Part shown: piece after piece, positions 27,578-36,602 of the stretch
How the letters are laid out: the number at the start of each line of letters is the position of its first letter
Position numbering within the stretch: position 1 is the stretch's first letter
DNA from: a virus
Lineage: Duplodnaviria; Caudoviricetes
DNA: 64,000 nt
Reading direction: 5' to 3' (one strand)
IMG/VR virus record: IMGVR_UViG_3300037590_000079
Span: 32,001 to 96,000 of that record
The notes under the pieces: generated by a model
Told to the model about the DNA's origin: nothing
The model's database searches: none
What the model saw: only the letters and a program-made list of their open reading frames with translations
Position numbers and translations under genes: made by a program

Positions 27578-27789
27578 AGAAAACAGGACGCTATCGCTAT
27601 CGCGTGATGACCATCGGCTTTCTGTGCTTCCGGCGCCGGGTTGTCGTGTTGCAGGAGGAGATCGAGCGGCGCGAGATGCTCGCGCCCTATACGTTCGAAA
27701 AGGTTCGCCGGTGGGTGGATGCCGATCCGGAAAGCCTCATCGTCGCGCCTTTCCCTAATGACACCCTCTCTGAATCTGCTATAAGTTAA
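27574..27789 (+). CDS. Hypothetical protein
   Basis: ATGA coupling. Confidence 0.55.
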   Translation: MKKTGRYRYRVMTIGFLCFRRRVVVLQEEIERREMLAPYTFEKVRRWVDADPESLIVAPFPNDTLSESAIS

Positions 27790-27801
27790 GTCAGCACTGA
27801 C
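27775..27801 (+). promoter_or_regulatory. Extended -10 + operator
   Basis: TCTGCTATAAG-TTAAGTCAGCACTGAC. Confidence 0.75.
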
Positions 27802-27811
27802 GGAGGCACGC

Positions 27812-28276
27812 ATGGCAAAAAGCAAGACCAGGAGCAAGATGTCAGATCGCGAGATCGAGGTGATCGAGACCACTGCTATCGAGGTGGTCGAGACCCTGAG
27901 CGGTCACGAATTCGAGGTCGAAAGCGATATTGTGACGAGCGTCAAATACGCCGACGGGTCGTTCAGGAAAAAGACGCTGCCGACGGGGCTCAGCTTCTTC
28001 CTCGAATACGCTTATCTGGGCGCGCGCGGAAAGACGATTTTCGGGTTCGGCCCCGAGGACTCGCAGGAATACGATTACGCCGAGTTCTCCGAGGACGAGG
28101 TTGACAAGACCTTTCCGCTCGCAGGCGCCGTGCTGGCCAAGGCTCACAATCTCGAAACGGAGAATTTCGGGCAGGCGTTCGCCAAGATGCAGACCCAGGT
28201 CGCCGAGATCGTCGAATCCGAGGAAATCGAGGATGAGGAGATCTACAAGAACAACCCCATGTGCGGAGCATTTTGA
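27812..28276 (+). CDS. Acidic hypothetical protein with C-terminal YxxNPxxGxF tag
   Basis: Promoter/operator and GGAGG RBS; ends EDEEIYKNNPMCGAF. Confidence 0.8.
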   Translation: MAKSKTRSKMSDREIEVIETTAIEVVETLSGHEFEVESDIVTSVKYADGSFRKKTLPTGLSFFLEYAYLGARGKTIFGFGPEDSQEYDYAEFSEDEVDKTFPLAGAVLAKAHNLETENFGQAFAKMQTQVAEIVESEEIEDEEIYKNNPMCGAF

Positions 28277-28851
28277 TGGGAAAGATCAGGATTGCCGGTA
28301 TCGACGGCTCCAAGACTAATTTCGGAATTTCGCTCTTGTCGCTCGATACCGATACGATGGCGCTGTCCGTCGAGGACTTGATTCTCGTCAAGACCGAAAA
28401 GACCAAGGTTAAGCAGGTGCGCGCGTCGTCCGACAATCTGCGCCGCGCCCGCGAGATCTATCTCGTGACGCGCGAGGCTTTGAAGGGATGCGCCGCCGTG
28501 TTCGTGGAGGTTCCGAGCGGCGGGCAGTCGTATGACGCGGTGCTCGGCTTCGGCATCGTGATCGGTCTTTACGCCTCGTTGGAGCTGGAGCCGATCGAGG
28601 TCTCTCCGGCCGAGACCAAGAAGGCCGCCCTCGGCACGAGCACGGCGAGCAAGAGCGAGATGATCGAGTGGGCGGTCGAGAAGTTCCCCGAGGCGCCGTG
28701 GCGTATGCGCAAGCTCCACGGTGAAATGGTCCCCAAGAAGGACAACGAGCACCTGGCCGATGGCGTTGCTATTGCCCATGCCGGCATCATGCTTCCCTCG
28801 TTCCGGCAGACACTGTCGATCCTGGCCGCGAATTCCGCTGTCAGCGCCTGA
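28276..28851 (+). CDS. RuvC-like Holliday junction resolvase
   Basis: IAGIDGS..NFG, VEVP, P.ETKKA..G...ASK, EHLAD..AIA. Confidence 0.85.
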   Translation: MGKIRIAGIDGSKTNFGISLLSLDTDTMALSVEDLILVKTEKTKVKQVRASSDNLRRAREIYLVTREALKGCAAVFVEVPSGGQSYDAVLGFGIVIGLYASLELEPIEVSPAETKKAALGTSTASKSEMIEWAVEKFPEAPWRMRKLHGEMVPKKDNEHLADGVAIAHAGIMLPSFRQTLSILAANSAVSA

Positions 28852-28922
28852 TGTCAAGCCTTTTAATTCAGTCCTGACTGAATTACTGTGAGGGATCACA
28901 CCAAATCTAGTAGGGATGACCC

Positions 28923-31394
28923 ATGACTGACACATTCTTTTGCCGGGAATACTTTCCCGGAATGGGAGATGCTGTAGCCGATCGCACGATCAATCGGCGT
29001 ATCTTTACCGAGGAGCAGAAGGCCGCCCTGCCCGAGCCGCTGGTTCTCAATCCGGAAGATCCGCTCTTCAAGGAATGGAAGAACGCAGCCGATCTGTCCG
29101 AACATGCCGTTCGGCTCGACAATGAAGCGCCTTTCGTCACGAAAGAGCCCGAACTGCGCATCGAGAAATGGCGCGACGTCGCAGAGCGTGTCGCGCATGG
29201 GAACGCAAGCCTGCACCAGAGCGGCATGAAGGACGAGGGAAATCTGCGCGATCACCTGATGCGCGGCACCGTGCTTCTCTCCGGTCGTCACCTTCAGCAC
29301 GGCGACGCGAACCAGAAGAACAGGCCGATGGAGGTTCTGACCAACTGTGCCACATCGGCCTCGACCTTCATCCTGTTCTATCTGCTGCTCAACGGCTCCG
29401 GCGTCGGTCGCGCCTATGACGACAGCATGATGAAGGTGGACTGGACCAGGCTGCCGCATGTGAAGGTGGTGATCGACGGCAACTACCCGGATCGCGGCAT
29501 CATGGAGCCGCACTGGAACGGGGTCGAGATGGGTGAGCGGCCGAAGGTGCCGCATGTCATGACGCCGCAGGACGCGCGTGCGGGGTATTCCGAGGACATG
29601 GATCGCGTCACCTGGTTCGAGGTGCCCGACAGTCGCGGTGGCTGGGCACAGGCCCTGGAGATCATGGAGAACATGGCCTACGAGGGCCGCACCGACGAGG
29701 TGCTGGTGCTCGATTTCTCGAAGGTGCGGCCCTATGGCAGCCCGATCCGCGGCATGCAGAACCGCCCCTCTTCCGGCCCCGGCCCGCTGATGTATGCGAT
29801 CATGGAGATCGCCAAGCTGCGCGGCCGCGATATGGCGCCCTGGAAAGCGGCCATGTTCGCCGATCACTACGCCGCCGAGTGCGTGCTTGTCGGCGGTGCG
29901 CGCCGCGCCGCGCGCATGGCCACGAAGAACTGGCGCGATCCTGATATCCTGGAATTCATTCGGCTCAAGTGGACTCACGACCTGTGGAGCTCGAACAATT
30001 CCGTCACCATCGACGACGAGTTCCGTGAGCGCTGCAACAAGGTGCGCGACCTGATCAAGTATCGCACCACGCCGGTCTCGCGTGACGATCCGGACGCGCT
30101 GATCACCATCGCGAAGATGATGCGGCTCTCCAACGAGATCGATCATATCGACCTGCATGCCTGGACCGTGTTGATCAACATCGCCGACAGCGCCTTCCAG
30201 GGGCCGCATGGCGAGCCCGGCCGCGGCGAGCCCGGTATCATCAACCAGGATCGGCTCAAGGTGGATGACAGCGGCATCGAGGCGTATATCGACGGGCTCT
30301 ACGCGCGCTCGCTGGACTTCCAGGTCAGCGAGCGCTCCATGCCGATGATGCGCGACATGGCCCGCGAAATGCTCTCCGTGCGCTATACCATGATCACCAA
30401 CCCCTGCGGCGAGATCGCCCTGCTCATGCTCGGGGGATACTGTGTGATCGCCGACAACGTGCCCTTTCATGCGCGTGACGACGATGATGCCGAAAGCGCG
30501 TTCCGCGCCTCTGTGCGCGCCCTGATGCGCGTGAACACGATGGACTCGCTCTACAATCGCGAGGTCGCGCGCACCAATCGCATCGGCGTCGGGATCACCG
30601 GCTTTCACGAATGGGCCTATGATCGCTTCGGCTTCACCTGGCACGATCTGATCGACGAGGAGAAGTCGAAGAAGCTGTGGCTCACGCTGTCGCGTTTCAG
30701 GCGGGCGATCAGCGACGAGGCGCGCAAGTATGCCGAGGTGCTCGGCGTGACGGTGCCGCACACCGATACGACCTTCAAGCCGGCCGGCACCACGTCGAAG
30801 CTGTTCGGCCTGTCGGAAGGGGCACACCTGCCCTCGATGCGCTGGCTGCTTCGCTGGGTCCAGTTCCGCAACGACGATCCGCTGGTGCAGGAATACATCG
30901 CCAAGGGCTACCCGTCGAAGCAGCTCAAGTCCTATTCCGGCACCACGGTGATCGGCTTCCCGACCGCGCCGGCAATCACCCGGCTCGGCGGCGGGGAATG
31001 GGTCGTGACCGCGGCCGAGGCCACGCCTGCGGAGCAGTATGAGTTCCTGCGCCTGCTGGAGAAATACTGGATTCGCGGTGTTGACGAGAACGGTGAGCCG
31101 CTCGCAGAGGACCGCGGCAACCAGATCTCCTACACGCTGAAATACGATCCCGCAAAGGTCACTTTCGGCGATTACCTGGAGACGCTTATGAGCGGCCAGT
31201 TCTCGATCCGCTGCTGCTCGATCATGCCGCAGACCGACACGACCGGCTACGAGTATCAGCCCGAGGAGCCGATCAGCCAGGCAGAGTATGCCAGCCTGAT
31301 GGCGAATATCGACGATGGCATGAAAGAGGATATCGGCTTCGAGCATGTCGATTGCGCGTCCGGGGCGTGCCCGGTCGATTTTGCAGCCGAGTGA
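28923..31394 (+). CDS. nrdJ: Class II (adenosylcobalamin-dependent) ribonucleotide reductase
   Basis: TNC, VPDSR.GW, SSGPGPL, TNPCGEI, KPAGTTS; C-terminal C.SGACP. Confidence 0.88.
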   Translation: MTDTFFCREYFPGMGDAVADRTINRRIFTEEQKAALPEPLVLNPEDPLFKEWKNAADLSEHAVRLDNEAPFVTKEPELRIEKWRDVAERVAHGNASLHQSGMKDEGNLRDHLMRGTVLLSGRHLQHGDANQKNRPMEVLTNCATSASTFILFYLLLNGSGVGRAYDDSMMKVDWTRLPHVKVVIDGNYPDRGIMEPHWNGVEMGERPKVPHVMTPQDARAGYSEDMDRVTWFEVPDSRGGWAQALEIMENMAYEGRTDEVLVLDFSKVRPYGSPIRGMQNRPSSGPGPLMYAIMEIAKLRGRDMAPWKAAMFADHYAAECVLVGGARRAARMATKNWRDPDILEFIRLKWTHDLWSSNNSVTIDDEFRERCNKVRDLIKYRTTPVSRDDPDALITIAKMMRLSNEIDHIDLHAWTVLINIADSAFQGPHGEPGRGEPGIINQDRLKVDDSGIEAYIDGLYARSLDFQVSERSMPMMRDMAREMLSVRYTMITNPCGEIALLMLGGYCVIADNVPFHARDDDDAESAFRASVRALMRVNTMDSLYNREVARTNRIGVGITGFHEWAYDRFGFTWHDLIDEEKSKKLWLTLSRFRRAISDEARKYAEVLGVTVPHTDTTFKPAGTTSKLFGLSEGAHLPSMRWLLRWVQFRNDDPLVQEYIAKGYPSKQLKSYSGTTVIGFPTAPAITRLGGGEWVVTAAEATPAEQYEFLRLLEKYWIRGVDENGEPLAEDRGNQISYTLKYDPAKVTFGDYLETLMSGQFSIRCCSIMPQTDTTGYEYQPEEPISQAEYASLMANIDDGMKEDIGFEHVDCASGACPVDFAAE

Positions 31395-31400
31395 TCATCG

Positions 31401-31431
31401 AGAGGGCGGCTTGCGGGCCGCCCTTTTCTTT
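31401..31431 (+). terminator. Intrinsic terminator
   Basis: AGGGCGGC-loop-GCCGCCCT-TTTCTTT. Confidence 0.65.
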
Positions 31432-31446
31432 CTGCACGGAGAGGTC

Positions 31447-31692
31447 ATGTCACCCGTCATCCATGTTATTTCGAAGCGGAACTGCTCCTATTGCGCACTG
31501 GCAAAGGGCGTTCTGCGAAAGCACGGACTTCGCTTCGAGGAGAAGATCCTCGAAACCAACACCGATATCATCTCGTTTCTGGAATCCGGCCTCAAGACCG
31601 TGCCGCAGATCTACGTGAACGGCAGCAATATCGGTGGATACGAGGATCTTCTGCACTGGATCGAACAGCGCGAAACCGAGGCTGCGCGTTGA
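31447..31692 (+). CDS. Glutaredoxin / NrdH-like redoxin
   Basis: CSYC, TVPQI, IGGY. Confidence 0.9.
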   Translation: MSPVIHVISKRNCSYCALAKGVLRKHGLRFEEKILETNTDIISFLESGLKTVPQIYVNGSNIGGYEDLLHWIEQRETEAAR

Positions 31693-31757
31693 CTTTCTGC
31701 GATCAGTCAGGCATTACTTATCCGAATTTCGGACTTCACACATGAGGAGATCTTCCA

Positions 31758-32468
31758 ATGGACCTGAGTAACAATCACTACATTCCCGAGGGTGCCGTGA
31801 CCGCGCCGCTCGGGGCGCTGCGCGAGGGTCGGCTGGGTGCTCCGCGCACCATCACCGGCGGCGGGCAGAAGCACATCGTGGATATCCAGTTCACCGGCCG
31901 CCCGGTCGTCGGCGACACGCTGACCATCAACGGCGTCACCTGGACCTTCATCGCGAATGGCGGCTCGCCGGCGGGCAACGAGATCGCGCTCGGCACGACC
32001 CTGGCTACCGACCTCGACGCCATGATTGCCGCGCTCAACGGCTCGGCAGATGGCGACGTGGCTGCATTCACCTATACCGAGGACGGCAGCGACACGCTGA
32101 CCGCGACGGCCGATGCGAACGCAGCCTATACCGACGACGCCTTCGCTGCCGATGTCGATGCGGGTGCGACCGTGACCGTTGCGGATGACGGCCGGGCCGA
32201 TACCGAGATCACCAACAAGACCTGCAACATCGCGCTCAAGACCGACTTGGTGAGTCAGAACCAGGCGTTTACCCTCGCCGACGGCATGGAGTTCGAGCTG
32301 AAATCCATCGTCGCCACGGGCACGCCGGGTGGGAACTTCGTGATCACCCCGGATAATATCGACGGCGGCACCACGCTGACCTTCGACGCGGATGGGGAAT
32401 ACGCGGTAATGCAGTTCCTCGGTGGCAGCTGGCGCGTGCTTGCTGCGGCCGACGGTGTTCTCGGCTGA
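31758..32468 (+). CDS. Beta-rich, T/G/A/D-rich protein; putative virion decoration/structural protein
   Basis: GDTLTINGVTWTF...NEI..G....T......ALN.S motif of the kind seen in phage structural and flagellin-like domains; own RBS and terminator. Confidence 0.55.
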   Translation: MDLSNNHYIPEGAVTAPLGALREGRLGAPRTITGGGQKHIVDIQFTGRPVVGDTLTINGVTWTFIANGGSPAGNEIALGTTLATDLDAMIAALNGSADGDVAAFTYTEDGSDTLTATADANAAYTDDAFAADVDAGATVTVADDGRADTEITNKTCNIALKTDLVSQNQAFTLADGMEFELKSIVATGTPGGNFVITPDNIDGGTTLTFDADGEYAVMQFLGGSWRVLAAADGVLG

Positions 32469-32492
32469 TATCGCGCGACACCACATGACACG

Positions 32493-32524
32493 AAAGGGGG
32501 CGGTTCACCCGCCCTTTTTCTTTT
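32493..32524 (+). terminator. Intrinsic terminator
   Basis: GC hairpin (GGGCGG/CCGCCC) followed by TTTTTCTTTT. Confidence 0.75.
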
Positions 32525-32550
32525 CGAAAACGCGATTCCCCGACACGATT

Positions 32551-32577
32551 TCTGCTATAAAGTAAGCATCAACTGAT
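32551..32577 (+). promoter_or_regulatory. Extended -10 + operator
   Basis: TCTGCTATAAA-GTAAGCATCAACTGAT. Confidence 0.75.
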
Positions 32578-32594
32578 ATCTGATAGGGGTCGAA

Positions 32595-32741
32595 ATGATC
32601 GGGCGCATTCTCTGCTTTTTCGGGCTGCACAAGTGGTCTGAGTTTCACTCGAAGCCGACCTCGACAAGTGCCTTTCGGCATTGCAGGCGCAGGAACTGTT
32701 TCACCACGCAGAAGATCGTAGCCCGTAGGCCCTGGTTGTAA
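32595..32741 (+). CDS. 48-aa DUF1660-like Cys/His mini-protein (not in ORF track)
   Basis: MIGRILCFFGLHKW...CRRRNC; AGGGG RBS; directly after promoter/operator. Confidence 0.65.
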   Translation: MIGRILCFFGLHKWSEFHSKPTSTSAFRHCRRRNCFTTQKIVARRPWL

Positions 32742-32756
32742 TCGAGAAGGAAGAAA

Positions 32757-33707
32757 ATGACCGTTCACACACATCCCGACCAGCCCCAGATGCAGGCCGA
32801 GGTAATTCTTGCCTCGCTTAATCAGGAGATGCCCGACGAGGCGCCGCTCGTCACGATGCGGCTGCGCTATCCGCGGTTCATTCATGCCGAGGTCATGACG
32901 CACCGGGTGTTCGGCCGCAACGCGCGGAGTTCGCGCGCCGTGCCTGTCAAGCGCATGATCGAGGAGATCGAGGAAAACCCCGTCGTGCCCTGGCACTGGG
33001 GCAAGAACCAGCGGGGTATGCAGGCCGACACGGAGTGCGACGCGAAGGTGTTGATCGACTGGGATCACGAGATCGGTCACGAGAACTGGGTGGCGCGCGA
33101 GGACGCCTGGCGCGAAGCGCGTGATCATGCGGTGCGCATTGCGCGCGGCTTCTCGGACGCAGGCTACCACAAGCAGGTGGTCAACCGGCTGCTGGAGCCC
33201 TTCATGTGGATCGACGTGCTGATCACCGCGAACCGCTGGCAGAATTTCCTCTGGCTGCGCGACCACAAGGATGCCGAGCCGCATCTGCGTGACCTCGCGG
33301 TGCTGGTCAAGCGGGCGCTCGGTGACGCGGAGATGCAGAATCTGGCGCCTGGATACTGGCACCTGCCCTACATCGCGCCCGAGGAGTATCGCAACGGTTC
33401 CTGGAAGAATTTCGAGGAGCGGGTCGAGTTTCTCTCCAAGATCAGCGCCGCTCGCTGCGCCCGGATCTCCTACACGCCCTTCGACGGCGACGCTTCCTAC
33501 GAGCGGGAGCTGGAGCGCTACAACATGCTGGTCACGTCCGAGCGTGTGCATGCCTCGCCGCTGGAGCATCAGGCGATGCCTGACGAGTGCGTCCTGTGTC
33601 CGACCACGGGCGCGCGTGAGCGCTGGATGAACCCCGAGAAGCACGGCAACCTGCCCGGCTGGATCCAGGCGCGCAAGCTGGTGCCGAACGAGGCCAAGCA
33701 TGGCTGA
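32757..33707 (+). CDS. thyX: Flavin-dependent thymidylate synthase (ThyX/Thy1), phage type
   Basis: RFIHAE.MTHR.F.RN..SSRA.P, HKQ..NRLLEPF, SAARCAR.SY, HASP.EH. Confidence 0.8.
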   Translation: MTVHTHPDQPQMQAEVILASLNQEMPDEAPLVTMRLRYPRFIHAEVMTHRVFGRNARSSRAVPVKRMIEEIEENPVVPWHWGKNQRGMQADTECDAKVLIDWDHEIGHENWVAREDAWREARDHAVRIARGFSDAGYHKQVVNRLLEPFMWIDVLITANRWQNFLWLRDHKDAEPHLRDLAVLVKRALGDAEMQNLAPGYWHLPYIAPEEYRNGSWKNFEERVEFLSKISAARCARISYTPFDGDASYERELERYNMLVTSERVHASPLEHQAMPDECVLCPTTGARERWMNPEKHGNLPGWIQARKLVPNEAKHG

Positions 33708-33918
33708 TGGACAGGTGATAGCCGGAGCCAGGATCAAGCATGACGAGAACGGTCATGACGGCCCCGGCTACTACTATCAGATCATCGACGAGAGCGGAAA
33801 CGAGGTCGGCGGCCCTGTCGGCCCCTTCTCGACACAAGACGAGGCGGAGGAAAATGTCCACGCCGCAATCCGGATCATGATCGAGAACATGGTCCGGGAA
33901 GAGCTGGGACTGGAGTGA
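33700..33918 (+). CDS. Hypothetical protein
   Basis: Overlapping start/stop coupling. Confidence 0.6.
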   Translation: MADGQVIAGARIKHDENGHDGPGYYYQIIDESGNEVGGPVGPFSTQDEAEENVHAAIRIMIENMVREELGLE

Positions 33919-34361
33919 GCATGAATACCATCAATATCAAGACCGTTCGCGTGGATGCACGGCTGCCGAAATACGCCACCGAAGGAGCAGCGGGTGCGGA
34001 TGTTCACGCCTGCCTGCTCGAACCCGTGGTGATCCCTTCCGGGAAATGGCACCTGATCCCTACGGGTCTTGTTGCGGACATTCCGCGCGATATCGAGATC
34101 CAGGTGCGCCCGCGCAGCGGCCTGGCCAACAAGTTCGGTGTCACGGTTCTGAACGCGCCCGGCACCATCGACAGCGACTATCGCGGCGAAATCATGGTGA
34201 TGCTGATCAATCACGGCAAGAATGATTTTATGGTCACGCACGGGGACCGGATCGCGCAGTTGGTGGTGGCCCCGGCGCCCCAGACGGCTTTTGTCGCGAC
34301 CGGCGGGTCCGTCAGTGCAACGGCGCGCGGCGCCGGCGGGTTCGGTTCCACGGGAGCTTGA
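33915..34361 (+). CDS. dut: dUTP diphosphatase
   Basis: AGAD, RSGLA, GTIDSDYRGE, RIAQ, RGAGGFGSTG. Confidence 0.96.
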   Translation: MSMNTINIKTVRVDARLPKYATEGAAGADVHACLLEPVVIPSGKWHLIPTGLVADIPRDIEIQVRPRSGLANKFGVTVLNAPGTIDSDYRGEIMVMLINHGKNDFMVTHGDRIAQLVVAPAPQTAFVATGGSVSATARGAGGFGSTGA

Positions 34362-34984
34362 TTATGATCTACGGGCTGACAGGAGCGAGCGGCGTCGGCA
34401 AGAGCACCCTTGCCAATCTCGTCGCCGACTCGCTCGACATTACCTATCTCGTGACATCCGTCACCGAAAGCGCACGCCGGCATGGCTACGACCCGGTGCG
34501 TCCCATGACGCTCGACCAGCGGATAGACCTTCAGTTTCACCTGCTCGACGACCATGCCAAGATGATCGACGTGACTCCTTCTCCGATGATCACGGACAGG
34601 ACACCGATCGATTTCATCGGCTACATGATCGCGGAAATCGACATGCAGAGCCACGAGCGCCTGTCGAGCGAGAACATGACCCGCGTCAGCTCCTACGTGG
34701 AAAGCTGCCTTGCGCTGGCCTGCAAGCGCTACGATTTCCTCTTTCATCTTGCACCCCTGCCCTTCTACGAGCAGGCGGAAACACGCCCCGTCGAAAACGT
34801 CGCCTATCAGTGTCATGTCGATCTGGTTTTGCGCGGGGCGTTGCAAAGGCTGAACGGGCGGTGCCCGGCCGCGATCCTGAACACGACCGATCTGGATGAG
34901 CGGCAGGAATTCGTTCACAACACCATCGTTCAGCGGCTCGATTGTTTCGAGCGTCAGCGCAGAACCCATCGCAGGATTCACTGA
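34358..34984 (+). CDS. P-loop nucleotide kinase-like (AAA_28-type)
   Basis: GASGVGKST, ITDRTPID. Confidence 0.75.
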   Translation: MIMIYGLTGASGVGKSTLANLVADSLDITYLVTSVTESARRHGYDPVRPMTLDQRIDLQFHLLDDHAKMIDVTPSPMITDRTPIDFIGYMIAEIDMQSHERLSSENMTRVSSYVESCLALACKRYDFLFHLAPLPFYEQAETRPVENVAYQCHVDLVLRGALQRLNGRCPAAILNTTDLDERQEFVHNTIVQRLDCFERQRRTHRRIH

Positions 34985-35016
34985 CCGCGAAATCCCGCGA
35001 TCACCCCGCGATCGTT

Positions 35017-35047
35017 TCTGCTATAAAGTAAGTAAGCGCACACTAAA
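35017..35047 (+). promoter_or_regulatory. Extended -10 + operator
   Basis: TCTGCTATAAA-GTAAGTAAGCGCACACTAAA. Confidence 0.7.
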
Positions 35048-35062
35048 GAAAGGAACACGCTT

Positions 35063-35599
35063 ATGGCCTCCAAGGCACAGATGCTGGCCACGCTCCAGCG
35101 GATTATCGATTTCTCGGATCACGACTACCCGACCGATGGCGAGGCGCTCAAGGCTGTCGTCGAGATGGCGAGCGAGTGTCTCACCGAGAAGAAGGTCAAT
35201 TCCTTCGACGAGAAGGTCAAGGAGCTGACCAAGTTCATCATGGCCGGGAACTTCAACCTGCTGTTCGAAAGCCACGAGGATATCGCGGCCAGCCTCAACA
35301 GCGCGGGCATCCTGTCGCCGTCCGGCAAGCAGTGGACCAGGACGAACGTGTCGAAGATCCTCAAGCCGGTGCGCGAGGCCGTGACCGAGCGCATGAACAG
35401 TGTCGCGGAGAATCCGGAGGCCGAACAGCCGGATCCTGCCGAGCCCACCACGCGCACCGAGGCGAAGCGGCGCAACGTCGCCGATGAAGGGATCGAGATG
35501 GGCGAGGTGGAGCCGGGCGAGATCGGCGGTGCCGGCGGTGAAGATGCCGACGATGAAGTCGGTGATCTCGAAGCCCTCGACGATCTCGAAGCCATCTGA
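35063..35599 (+). CDS. Protein with serine-recombinase-type DNA-binding segment and acidic tail
   Basis: IA.SLN.AG..SPSGK.WT...V..IL; no catalytic domain. Confidence 0.6.
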   Translation: MASKAQMLATLQRIIDFSDHDYPTDGEALKAVVEMASECLTEKKVNSFDEKVKELTKFIMAGNFNLLFESHEDIAASLNSAGILSPSGKQWTRTNVSKILKPVREAVTERMNSVAENPEAEQPDPAEPTTRTEAKRRNVADEGIEMGEVEPGEIGGAGGEDADDEVGDLEALDDLEAI

Positions 35600-35655
35600 A
35601 GGTCTCGATCGACGGGAAGGGGTGTCACGCCCCTTCCCAAGCCCAGGAGGAATTC

Positions 35656-36270
35656 ATGGCTGAACGCATCAAGGACGCGGACGTCTGCATCTATCTTGCG
35701 AACGGAGGCGTCTACTACCCGCTCAACCCCAGGATGGCGGATGTCAGCATCCATGCCATCGCGCACATGCTCGCGACCAAGGCGCGCTGGAACGGGGCCA
35801 CGCAGCACAAGCACTATCCGGAGCGGATGCTCTACTCCGTGGCAGAGCACTCCATCTACGTCTCGGAATACGTCGAGAAGGAGCTCAAGCGCCCCGAGCT
35901 GGCGCTGGCCGCTCTGCTGCACGACGCGACCGAGCACGTCACCGGCGACATCCTGAGTGTTCTCAAGAAGAGCCAGACGCTTGCGCCCGTGATCGAGCCC
36001 ATCGAGAGCGAGAACAACGCCGTCATTGCCGCCGTTTTCGGCGTCAATACCCTGATGAACAAGGCCATCGAAATCGCGGATATGGCCGTGGCACGCGCGG
36101 AATACGAGCAGATCGTGATCAAGCCTGTCGGCGGCAAGATGAACGATCCGCGGCACGCAGAGCCGGTCAAGGCGGCCAGGGTCGATATCCAGATGCTCTC
36201 GCCCTACGAGGCGAAGGCGCTGTTCATCAGGCGCTTCAACAAGGTCATGAAGGCGAAGAGGGCGGCATGA
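35656..36270 (+). CDS. HD-domain 5'-deoxynucleotidase (YfdR/YfbR-like)
   Basis: IAH.L....RWNG, YSVAEHS, LLHDA.E...GDI. Confidence 0.85.
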   Translation: MAERIKDADVCIYLANGGVYYPLNPRMADVSIHAIAHMLATKARWNGATQHKHYPERMLYSVAEHSIYVSEYVEKELKRPELALAALLHDATEHVTGDILSVLKKSQTLAPVIEPIESENNAVIAAVFGVNTLMNKAIEIADMAVARAEYEQIVIKPVGGKMNDPRHAEPVKAARVDIQMLSPYEAKALFIRRFNKVMKAKRAA

Positions 36271-36494
36271 CGGGGTTCGATCCTTCCGGGGAATGGCCTA
36301 CGCATCGCGCCGAGCTGAGCCGCAAATCGACCAGTGTTCTCGAACACTGGTCGAACGCGTATGACAAGGGAAAGATCTCCAAGAGGGAATTCTACATCCT
36401 CGTGACCGTGCTTTACGACACGACATCCGGGCTCGTCGAGAAGGACATCTCCGACCTGCTCGCTGAAATCCACAAGGATCTGCGCAGGAAGTGA
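36267..36494 (+). CDS. Hypothetical protein
   Basis: ATGA coupling. Confidence 0.6.
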   Translation: MTGFDPSGEWPTHRAELSRKSTSVLEHWSNAYDKGKISKREFYILVTVLYDTTSGLVEKDISDLLAEIHKDLRRK

Positions 36495-36559
36495 TCGTGT
36501 CCTTCGGCACATCCCTGCCGCTCGCATCCTGCACTAACCTGCCGATATCCGCGTCACGA

Positions 36560-36585
36560 TCTGCTATAAGTAAGTAAGAAATGAC
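36560..36585 (+). promoter_or_regulatory. Extended -10 + operator (rIIA promoter)
   Basis: TCTGCTATAA-GTAAGTAAGAAATGAC. Confidence 0.75.
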
Positions 36586-36602
36586 GTAAAGAAGGGGAAG
36601 TC

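Noticed and set aside
12573-31394. Inteins or introns in dnaE, recA or nrdJ
   Set aside because: Protein lengths are normal and no intein splice or LAGLIDADG motifs were seen.
35063-35599. Serine integrase/recombinase
   Set aside because: Only a short DNA-binding-like segment is present; no catalytic Y.R.S domain.
15934-36270. Z-genome (2-aminoadenine) pathway suggested by MazG-like + HD hydrolase
   Set aside because: No purZ/PurA-like gene in the window, the two genes are 20 kb apart, and both families are common in ordinary phages.
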